Assembly: GCA_963676835.2 (NCBI GenBank)
Contig: CAXXFF010000002.1
Span: 1,184,001 to 1,248,000 of the forward strand
DNA from: Marispirochaeta sp.
GTDB taxonomy: Bacteria; Spirochaetota; Spirochaetia; JC444; Marispirochaetaceae
Direction of reading: 5' to 3'
DNA length: 64,000 bases
In this document: piece by piece, positions 56,288 to 64,000 of the stretch
Numbering within the stretch: the first letter of the stretch is position 1
How the letters are laid out: each line of letters opens with the position of its first letter
The notes under the pieces: generated by a model
What the model was told of the DNA's origin: nothing
The model's input: the letters and a program-made list of their open reading frames with translations, nothing else
Databases searched by the model: none
Made by a program: the position numbers and the translations under genes

Positions 56288-59200
56288 ATGAGAAAAATAA
56301 CACTATCTGTACTTATGTTCCTGGTCACAACTTTATTTTTTAGTTGCGCTTCTACAACCTCATTGTTGCGAATTGATTTAAACGGTCCCGATATGGAGTT
56401 TGTATCGGAGAAAGAGAATTCTCCTGAAATTTCAACAGAAGTAAACAGCTATTTTGAGGGAAAAAGCGTCTATAGTTTTAACAACCAGTACAGAGCTGTC
56501 TGGAAAAATGAATATTGCTTTATAGAGAACTTCGATACAGGTGAAAAATCCCGAATTTTTACTGTAGGTAGAGGCGTGACAGATATTGTCTTTGCCCCGG
56601 ATAACCATAGCTGTGCAGTCCTTTGTTATGGGGGAGATTTACTTGTCGTAGATATAGAAAGTCTTAAGATTATATCGGAATTAGAAGTTGATACTGAAAC
56701 ATTTAGCCCTGAAAAAGTTGTTTACTCAAACAATGGTAATGTTCTCTGTTTAAGGTACACTAATACGTTCTCTTTCTGGAATACAGAGACCGGGGAGTAT
56801 TTAAGTACCATACAGCTTAAGAGCGGACCTTATACTTGTGCTATAGATGATATTTCCATGGAAATTCTGGTAACAAAGCCGTATACCAAAGCTGGTTCTC
56901 ACCGTTTTGACGTATATAGTATTCTGACAGGTGCTTCTGTCAGAACATTTAATATAAATCTCGGTCGTATTTATCCATATGTGGAAAGCTCTATTGTTTT
57001 CTCCGGTGATGGCAAAAAAATAATCAGAACAGGTTCTACTACAGACGGATTTAAACAACGCACACGGGCACTGACGTGCTACGACGCCAATAACGGAGAA
57101 AAGATATGGGAACATGGAGGATCCGAAGAGGCTCCATTGAATATTGATGTTGTCCCGGACTCTTTTCCGAGTGAGTTTAAACTGCAATGTAGTGGCAAAG
57201 AAACTGTTTCTGTAGTTTCATCTTCTTCATATTTTTATAAGCTGTCCGGCAATGACAGTGCTGTTCCGGGAGAAGAGCAGACTCGTCTTTGGGAGATATC
57301 TATTGCAGATGGTTCTATAATTGACTCTTTTCCCGTCAACAGCCCGGGTTCAAAAAGTTCAAACAGAGAAATAGTGTCCGACCAGAACAAAATAATTGAT
57401 GCATCAAATGCGGGAAGAATGTTTTCGAGCGAACCGGGCACACTCAAGTTTTCTCAGAATGGGGTTTATTATACCTGGGATATTGAAAAAGGCAGTTTGA
57501 AGTCTGTTCTTGATTCGAAAGACCTTGCAGATGGAGTTACCTGTTATGGTGTAAACAGTATCCTGAGCCTGGGTGTTATCGGCGTAGCGAATCAGGCATA
57601 TCAGTATGAACTCTGGAATTTTGATCTTGCCAAGAGGATTGCCGCAATAAACCTTGAAGACTATGCCGATGCCGGGTTTTGTGATCCTGAACATATAACC
57701 AGTGTACACGTAAGCCCTACGGGAAAGTCTATTCTGTTCTTTATCAAAAACTATAAAGACCCTGACTATGTTTTAGTATGGGACATAAACAGACAGCAGA
57801 AAGCAGTTTTTCTCCAGGGAGAAAACTGGCATCACGTCGGATATCGAAGTGAAGAAATTATCGGATGTTATGACTCATATTCTGACAGTGCTCCTGAATA
57901 TTTTAATCTTGTATCAGGCCAAAAATCCGCAGCCTTTAATTTAAAGAAAAGTAATGAAACAATTCATGTGAAGAATGAAGGCGATCGTTTAGTATTTTAC
58001 TATTTCAATGATAAACATGATGAGGCAGAAATTGATTCTTTTTCTATACAGCCTTTGAGAAAATTAATGGGAGAAAGACCTTTCAGTATTCTTGATTACC
58101 ATCCTGAGAATCATGCTGTCAGTGTTATTCAGGATAAGACTCTTGCAATGTACAGTTTATCTGAGCAGGCACTTATCTGGAAAAAAGAGATTCCTGGTTT
58201 GCTGAAAGATGATCATCTGTCGGTGTATTACTTAAAAACCGAGTCCGGACTGGCAAGAGTCGATCTCAGTACAGGTCATATTTATGACTCTTCTGATCTC
58301 GGCACTATGCATGAATATATTATCAAGGGTACACCAATTGGTATTAAGCTATGGGAAAACAAGTATGCAAGTTGGGAAATACCTGAGAATGAACTGATAA
58401 AAATTGTTACCACCACCAACGGCGAGTGGTTTGTCATTACCCCCGACGGCCGCTTCGATTGCTCTGCCGGTGGAAAAGATTTTATCAAATTCTACAAAGG
58501 TGAAGAAGAATACGCATCGGATCAGCTCTGGGATTCTCTGTATACTCCCGGGATTCTGGCACTTGCTGTCTCAGGAGAATTAAAACCCCGGGAAGAAGAG
58601 TCAATCATCTCCACTCTGGAACAGGCTCCTGAAGTAACTATCATTTCCCCGGAATCAAAAACGACGGAGGCGAACCAGGCTGTTGTAAAGGTACAGGTTG
58701 AAGACAGCGGCAACGGTATCGGCGATGTCTATTTATATGTAAACGGAAAAACCTACAACCGCTCCACCCGGGGGCTGAAGATTGCACGCACCGGGAGCAC
58801 CTACGAGTTTTCCATACAGCTGATTCCCGGAGAAAACAGAATAAAGGCGGTTGCAGAAAACGGCAACGGAACCATTGAAGGCTGGAGTGATGAGGTTGTT
58901 ATTACCTGTACTCCTCCCGAGCAGATACTGCCTTCACTGCATATACTCTCCATCGGTGTAAGCGATTATCAGGACCAGGGAATCCGATTGAATGCTCCCG
59001 ATGATGACTCCCGAATGATAGCGAAAGTGTTTTCCGATCTTGGTGAAAATCTATATGGGGATGTTACACAGACGGTTCTGGTAGACCGGGATGCAAGGCT
59101 GAACGGGATACGGGCAGGCTTTAAATCAATGCTGGAAACTGCAAACCCCGAGGATACGGTAATAGTATTCTTCGCCGGTCACGGATTTACCGAAAATCAA

Positions 59201-59689
59201 CGCTTTTATTACCTGCCCCAGGATGCAGATATAACTGACCTCCCTGGTACGGCCTTATCAATTGATGAAATAAGCCGGCTGACCCAGGAGATCAGTGCTT
59301 CCAAAATAGTTCTTCTCTTCGACACCTGTCAGAGCGGGGATGCCGCCATTACTCTTAGTCAGATTGCCATGTCCCGCGGTTTTGATGAACGAAAAGCCAT
59401 TGCCGATCTGGCAAAGCAGAGCGGTATTATGGTATTTGCCGCTACGAGCCCCGGCATGAATGCCTATGAGATTTCCGAACTGGGGAACGGCGTTTTTACC
59501 TACAGCATTATCAAGGCTATTAAAGAAAAGAAGGATGCAATTTCCCGGGATTCCTATGTGACAATAAACAAGCTCATGTCCGAGGTTGATTTTCTTACCC
59601 GGGAAATCAGTTACGAGTACCTGGGATTCTCCCAGAATCCGATCCGGTATAACTTCGGCCAGGATTTCAGTATTGGTAGATTGAAGTAA
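56288..59689 (+). CDS. Lipoprotein: divergent beta-propeller + Ig-like + caspase-like (C14) protease
   Basis: FFSC lipobox; degenerate WD repeats; TPDGRFD linker; LSIGVSDY; catalytic AGHG and DTCQSG. Confidence 0.88.
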   Translation: MRKITLSVLMFLVTTLFFSCASTTSLLRIDLNGPDMEFVSEKENSPEISTEVNSYFEGKSVYSFNNQYRAVWKNEYCFIENFDTGEKSRIFTVGRGVTDIVFAPDNHSCAVLCYGGDLLVVDIESLKIISELEVDTETFSPEKVVYSNNGNVLCLRYTNTFSFWNTETGEYLSTIQLKSGPYTCAIDDISMEILVTKPYTKAGSHRFDVYSILTGASVRTFNINLGRIYPYVESSIVFSGDGKKIIRTGSTTDGFKQRTRALTCYDANNGEKIWEHGGSEEAPLNIDVVPDSFPSEFKLQCSGKETVSVVSSSSYFYKLSGNDSAVPGEEQTRLWEISIADGSIIDSFPVNSPGSKSSNREIVSDQNKIIDASNAGRMFSSEPGTLKFSQNGVYYTWDIEKGSLKSVLDSKDLADGVTCYGVNSILSLGVIGVANQAYQYELWNFDLAKRIAAINLEDYADAGFCDPEHITSVHVSPTGKSILFFIKNYKDPDYVLVWDINRQQKAVFLQGENWHHVGYRSEEIIGCYDSYSDSAPEYFNLVSGQKSAAFNLKKSNETIHVKNEGDRLVFYYFNDKHDEAEIDSFSIQPLRKLMGERPFSILDYHPENHAVSVIQDKTLAMYSLSEQALIWKKEIPGLLKDDHLSVYYLKTESGLARVDLSTGHIYDSSDLGTMHEYIIKGTPIGIKLWENKYASWEIPENELIKIVTTTNGEWFVITPDGRFDCSAGGKDFIKFYKGEEEYASDQLWDSLYTPGILALAVSGELKPREEESIISTLEQAPEVTIISPESKTTEANQAVVKVQVEDSGNGIGDVYLYVNGKTYNRSTRGLKIARTGSTYEFSIQLIPGENRIKAVAENGNGTIEGWSDEVVITCTPPEQILPSLHILSIGVSDYQDQGIRLNAPDDDSRMIAKVFSDLGENLYGDVTQTVLVDRDARLNGIRAGFKSMLETANPEDTVIVFFAGHGFTENQRFYYLPQDADITDLPGTALSIDEISRLTQEISASKIVLLFDTCQSGDAAITLSQIAMSRGFDERKAIADLAKQSGIMVFAATSPGMNAYEISELGNGVFTYSIIKAIKEKKDAISRDSYVTINKLMSEVDFLTREISYEYLGFSQNPIRYNFGQDFSIGRLK

Positions 59690-59725
59690 TCTTATCTGGG
59701 TGAAGCGAAGAGAGAAGATAAAAAC

Positions 59726-62035
59726 ATGTCTGAAACTAATGAACAAAACCACTACGAACTGTTATGCCGGGAAGCGGAAAATCCCGGCTTTACCGACCGG
59801 CCCTTTGAAGATTTGATAAACTTTTATGTTTCCCTTTCGAACTACGTTAAAAGAAACGGCCTTCTTGCCATGGAGGAGATTGTAGAAAAGCTTCCGATGG
59901 ATTATGCCCAGGGCTTTCTCTGGGAGGTGGTTTCCGGAGTAGATCCGGGGATCATGTTCGGCCGGGGTATGGAAAAGGCAAGGGCAGGCTCCGATGGCGA
60001 GCTCTCTCTGAAAATTGCCTTTCATCTCTTTGCCGCCCTGCTGCTCCAGAACGGAGTGGGCGGCGGGAGCCTGAACGAAAGGCTGCAGGCTTTCTGCAGT
60101 CAAATTACCCCGCCGGTCTCTGAAGCGGATTTTAAGAAAATCGAAGACTACATACGGGCGCAGCACGGGACTCTTATGATCCCCGTGGAGCATACCGCTG
60201 CGGAGCTTCTTCGCGGACATACCAAGGAGTACGACCGGGCCCGGGAACTTCTCTCTTCCGTGGAAAAAGAGAAGCTTGGCAGCGACAGCCTCTACAACCT
60301 CGCCCTGATCAATTATCTTGATAACGATGACTGGAGCATTGCCATCGGGCTGGAATATGCCATTGCCGCAGCAGAGAAGGGGCACCGGCAGGCGGTCTAT
60401 ACCGCGGGACATCAGCTTCTGACCGGGGTTCCGGGGTTCTCGGAAAATATGAACGGCCTGGTAACTCCCGCCGATGAGAAGACCGCGATTATGGGCTACA
60501 CCCCCTATCCCCGTGATGTGGTAACAGAAAAGGATATTCCCCGGGGAATTGAACTGCTCGAAAAGGCCGCCGGGCAGGGCAGTGTTAATGCCTGCATGAC
60601 CCTGGCAGAACATTATGGGGCTGCTGGTAATGCTGCACAGACATTTGCCTGGCTCCAGAAGGGCGTGGACAACGGGTCCGAGAAGGCCGCGGAGATTATG
60701 GGCGACTCCTTCAGCGGCCGTCCGCTCCGGCATCCTTTTACCTGTCTTGTGATGGACCCGGGCAGCCTTACGGATGACAACTACAAAGGGGCAATCGGCT
60801 TTTATTACAAGGCCTACAGAAACCTTCCCGATCTTATCCCGAGAATACTGGAAACGATTTTTCTCCACCTTAACCCCGGTGCATATCCGAAGCTCCTTTC
60901 CGAACTCTACAAGTATCTCAATGATCCCTTCGACTTCGATACTGCCCTGGTGCGGTTTTTCAATGATGAGGAGCATGAGAAGATTGCGGCGGAGGATATC
61001 CTCGGGGTGGCATACTTTGGAGGTATCGTTCGGCCGGATCTGGAAAAGGCCTTTTTCTATCTGAACCGGGCCTACTCCGAAGGCCGGAAAACCGGGTACA
61101 CCGTCTACCTGCTTGCACTCTTGTACCTGAAAAAGGATGAAGGCTTTACAAGCTACGATCCCGTAAAAGCACATTCCCTCTTTATGGAGGCGGCGGACCT
61201 TGGCCATCTCCCTTCCGCGCAGCAGGCAGGATTCAGCTGTTTCTCCGGAATGCGGGCATATCTGCCGGCAAAGTTCGCGGAAGATCCGGGGGCGGCTGAA
61301 TCGGAAGCGATGTTTGCATCCCCGGTGACTGATGCGGAACTCAACCTGAAGGATCTGGAGAAGGCGGAAAAATATCTGAAACAGGCTGCAGATAAAGGGC
61401 ATCTCTTTTCCTGCCTGCGTCTGGCGGACCTTTATGCTTCGCAGAACAACCCGGCAGAGGACAATGTCTACCGCAGGAAGGCCTCCTGGTTCGGGGACAG
61501 CAATTCATCCCTTGCGGTTTCTCTGGATTACGCCCGTAGGGGCTTTGCGGAACATTATAACGACATTGTTCTCTACTGCACCATTGCCGCCCTGCAGCAG
61601 GATTCCGGCGCCTATTACAGCTTTGTTTCCATGCTGGAAGAGGAAGAGACGGTGACCCTAGCCGATGCTGATCTCAACAGGTTTCTCGAAATGAGTGCCG
61701 GGATAAAATGCAAGTACTGCGCTCTTATGCTGGGCCTGCGGCTCTATGCAGGCGTCGGGTGTGAGCCGGATGAGTCCGCTGCCATGGAGTATCTTGTCCG
61801 GGCTGAAGATTTCTCGGCATATGAAAATCGAAACGGATATTTCAACCAGCTGGAGATCGACAGCCTAAGGGCCCTGGCGGAGATATACGGAAATCCGCAA
61901 TCATCCTTTTATGATGCGGCAAAGCCGGAACCCCTCCGGCAGAAGGCTGATTCAATGGAAGCGGAAATGAAGCAGTCTCAGGCCTTTATTGATGATCTGC
62001 TTATGCCCCGGCCGAATACGGACAGTGAAGATTAA
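59726..62035 (+). CDS. Sel1-like repeat protein with N-terminal MotA-cytoplasmic-like segment
   Basis: Repeats AAEKGH, KAAGQG, AADLGH, AADKGH; N-terminal KRNGLLAMEE...VVSGVDP; no signal peptide or TM. Confidence 0.75.
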   Translation: MSETNEQNHYELLCREAENPGFTDRPFEDLINFYVSLSNYVKRNGLLAMEEIVEKLPMDYAQGFLWEVVSGVDPGIMFGRGMEKARAGSDGELSLKIAFHLFAALLLQNGVGGGSLNERLQAFCSQITPPVSEADFKKIEDYIRAQHGTLMIPVEHTAAELLRGHTKEYDRARELLSSVEKEKLGSDSLYNLALINYLDNDDWSIAIGLEYAIAAAEKGHRQAVYTAGHQLLTGVPGFSENMNGLVTPADEKTAIMGYTPYPRDVVTEKDIPRGIELLEKAAGQGSVNACMTLAEHYGAAGNAAQTFAWLQKGVDNGSEKAAEIMGDSFSGRPLRHPFTCLVMDPGSLTDDNYKGAIGFYYKAYRNLPDLIPRILETIFLHLNPGAYPKLLSELYKYLNDPFDFDTALVRFFNDEEHEKIAAEDILGVAYFGGIVRPDLEKAFFYLNRAYSEGRKTGYTVYLLALLYLKKDEGFTSYDPVKAHSLFMEAADLGHLPSAQQAGFSCFSGMRAYLPAKFAEDPGAAESEAMFASPVTDAELNLKDLEKAEKYLKQAADKGHLFSCLRLADLYASQNNPAEDNVYRRKASWFGDSNSSLAVSLDYARRGFAEHYNDIVLYCTIAALQQDSGAYYSFVSMLEEEETVTLADADLNRFLEMSAGIKCKYCALMLGLRLYAGVGCEPDESAAMEYLVRAEDFSAYENRNGYFNQLEIDSLRALAEIYGNPQSSFYDAAKPEPLRQKADSMEAEMKQSQAFIDDLLMPRPNTDSED

Positions 62036-62045
62036 GGAATAAGAT

Positions 62046-63803
62046 ATGAAACGAACATTTTTTGCAGCACTGTTTTTAACTATTCTAATGGCCGTAACGG
62101 CTTTTGCACAGAACAAGACGGCCCTGCTGATCGCTAACGGGGACTATCAAAACTTCTCCTCCCTGGCAAACCCGGTGCCCGAGGCCCGGCAGCTCAGAAG
62201 CGCTCTGCAGCGTCTTGGATTTCAGGTAACCCTCCTGACGGATGCTGATAAAGAGGAGATGATTATCGGCCTGCGGAACTTTCAGCGTTCCGTTAAAAGC
62301 CGGGGCGGTGTCGCCTTTTTTCACTACGGCGGCCATGCGGTGCAGGTGGGGGGTAAGAACTACCTTATTCCTGCAAATGCAGATATTCCCGATGAGGATT
62401 ACGTAAGCCTCCGCGCCATGGATGCGGAGGAGATTATGGTCAGCCTTGAGCATTCCGGAAGCGACAGCAATATCGTTATTCTCGACTCCTGCCGCAACAA
62501 TCCGCTGCCAGCAGGTTCGGGCAGAAGCGCGTCCCGCGGTCTGGCGGTTGTCGGGAAAGAGCCGCCCAATACGGTGATCGTGTACTCTGCAAAATCGGGA
62601 CAGGTTGCCCGGGACGGTGTATTTACCCCGGCTCTTACCAGGGCTCTCACCTCTCCGGGATTAAGCATTCAGGAGATCCTGATGCAGACCCGCCAGAAGG
62701 TGTATGAACAGACCAAGGGTGCCCAGATTCCCGGTGAGTACAACCAGCTTTTTGAACCGGTATACCTCGCCGGCCGCGGTAGTTCAGGCGGCGGAAACAA
62801 TATAAGCTTCGGCGCGGTAACTGTGGAACCCGGTTCGCTCACCATAAATGTAGTTGAAGCGGGCACCCTGGAAATCAACGGACAGTCCGTGCAGATACCC
62901 TCCGGAGGCAGCATTCCGGTGAATGGACTTGATCCGGGGAGTTACATTCTTTCTATGCAGTATGGAAATGGACTTCGGGAAACTAAGACTGTTGAGGTTG
63001 AGAGCGGGATCAGTAAGAGTATTGCCTTCAGTTATGTGGTTAGAACGTCTACGGTTAGCCGCATGTCTTTAGACGATAGCTTTGTGCTGGTAAAAGCTGG
63101 AAGTTTCACCATGGGGTCACCATCCAATGAACCTGACAGGAAGGATAATGAAGCACAACATCAGGTAACCCTGACCCGGGATTTTTACATTAGTAAATAC
63201 GAAGTAACTCAGGGATTGTGGAAAGAGGTAATGGGAAATAATCCTTCCGAAGTAAGTACAGGTATCGATGTTAATTATCCAGTTAATGAAATCAGCTGGA
63301 TTGAAGCGGTGGATTTTTGCAATAAACTCAGTCGCCGACAAGGCCTCAATCCCGTTTATAGTGGTTCGGGAGATAGTATCCGCTGTGACTTCAATGCCAA
63401 CGGCTACCGGCTGCCCACGGAAGCAGAGTGGGAGTTCGCGGCGCGTGGTGCTCAGTCGTTAGAGAGCTATCAGATTTATGCGGGCTCGAATAGTTTGGGT
63501 AATGTTGGCTGGTTTTACAACAACAGTGGCGGTAAAAACCATGCGGTAGGGCAGAAGTCACTTAATCCCCTGGGGCTTTATGATATGAGTGGGAATGTAT
63601 TTGAATGGTGCTGGGACTGGTATGGCAATTACAGTGGAACGGTAATAAATCCAACGGGAGACGAATCAGGATCTTACCGAGTAACTCGTGGGGGCAGCTG
63701 GCTTCAACGCGATAGGTTCAACCGTTCGGCTTTTCGAGACTTTCGTAGTCCCTATGCGAGTGCTGATGATGTTGGCTTTCGCCTTGTTCGCACTGCAAAT
63801 TAG
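62046..63803 (+). CDS. Exported caspase-like (C14) + PEGA-like + FGE-sulfatase (CLec-fold) protein
   Basis: ALLIANGDY, L.NP, YGGHA, LDSCRNNP; FTMGS, YRLPTEAEWEFAARG, GLYDMSGNVFEW, RGGSW, GFRLV. Confidence 0.92.
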   Translation: MKRTFFAALFLTILMAVTAFAQNKTALLIANGDYQNFSSLANPVPEARQLRSALQRLGFQVTLLTDADKEEMIIGLRNFQRSVKSRGGVAFFHYGGHAVQVGGKNYLIPANADIPDEDYVSLRAMDAEEIMVSLEHSGSDSNIVILDSCRNNPLPAGSGRSASRGLAVVGKEPPNTVIVYSAKSGQVARDGVFTPALTRALTSPGLSIQEILMQTRQKVYEQTKGAQIPGEYNQLFEPVYLAGRGSSGGGNNISFGAVTVEPGSLTINVVEAGTLEINGQSVQIPSGGSIPVNGLDPGSYILSMQYGNGLRETKTVEVESGISKSIAFSYVVRTSTVSRMSLDDSFVLVKAGSFTMGSPSNEPDRKDNEAQHQVTLTRDFYISKYEVTQGLWKEVMGNNPSEVSTGIDVNYPVNEISWIEAVDFCNKLSRRQGLNPVYSGSGDSIRCDFNANGYRLPTEAEWEFAARGAQSLESYQIYAGSNSLGNVGWFYNNSGGKNHAVGQKSLNPLGLYDMSGNVFEWCWDWYGNYSGTVINPTGDESGSYRVTRGGSWLQRDRFNRSAFRDFRSPYASADDVGFRLVRTAN

Positions 63804-63826
63804 TAACCGGATTAAAGGAATAAGCC

Positions 63827-64000
63827 ATGAAAAAATCAATAACCATTTTCCTAATGCTTCTAAGCCTCCTTTCCCTCACCGCCGAAAACCGCTACGCCCT
63901 GATTATCGGTAACAGCGAATACGCTGATTTCGGCAGTCTTCAGGAGCAGCCGGTAAACGATGCGGCTGACATCTCCGCCTCTTTAAAGCAGCTTGGCTTC
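63827..64000 (+). CDS. Exported caspase-like (C14) protein, 5' part only (cut by window end)
   Basis: Hand translation MKKSITIFLMLLSLLSLTAENRYALIIGNSEYADFGSLQEQPVNDAADISASLKQLGF; AAGGA SD; not in ORF track. Confidence 0.85.
   Translation, partial: MKKSITIFLMLLSLLSLTAENRYALIIGNSEYADFGSLQEQPVNDAADISASLKQLGF

Noticed and set aside
59762..61402. 546-aa - strand ORF
   Set aside because: Antisense shadow of the Sel1 gene within a uniformly + strand cluster
63678..63803. Complete DGR in this window
   Set aside because: No reverse transcriptase, template repeat or hairpin seen; kept only as a possible remote target
1..64000. CRISPR arrays, tRNA/rRNA, IS elements, gasdermin or other known caspase effectors
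   Set aside because: No repeat-spacer pattern, RNA gene signature, transposase or recognisable effector found by eye; a divergent effector cannot be excluded without structure searches

Overview
A gene-dense bacterial chromosome segment. The protein repertoire (M30 lipoprotein, PEGA/FN3/LPP20 envelope proteins, dCache MCP) suggests a free-living anaerobic spirochaete, which is inference only. Bases 1-44.6 kb are mostly metabolic and housekeeping genes: FAD oxidoreductase, RidA, cNMP-gated MBL phosphodiesterase, MCP, LarA, GlgX, SNF2 helicase, MsrA, KdgK, PduO, TrmH-type methylases, FtsH and a minimal SufCB/SMS pair. After a small nucleotidyltransferase TA-like pair, 46.8 kb to the window end is a co-directional cluster of mostly exported proteins. 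It holds four caspase-like (C14) proteases (one cut by the window edge and absent from the ORF track), a papain-like zymogen, two VWA proteins, two LPP20-like proteins (one with DUF4384) and a Sel1-repeat protein. Several members share a short [S/T/P/R]-R-G-[L/I/V/F] motif at linker or propeptide positions, which suggests an Arg-specific extracytoplasmic protease cascade with swappable, low-GC sensor domains. This is the best candidate for an undescribed system. Other highlights are a GNAT-histidine kinase fusion, a 650 bp A-rich intergenic region with 112 nt free of C ending in a strong terminator, and repeated leaderless-mRNA-like promoter geometry. No rRNA, tRNA, CRISPR, transposase or reverse transcriptase was recognised. 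All product calls come from motif recognition by eye, not database searches.
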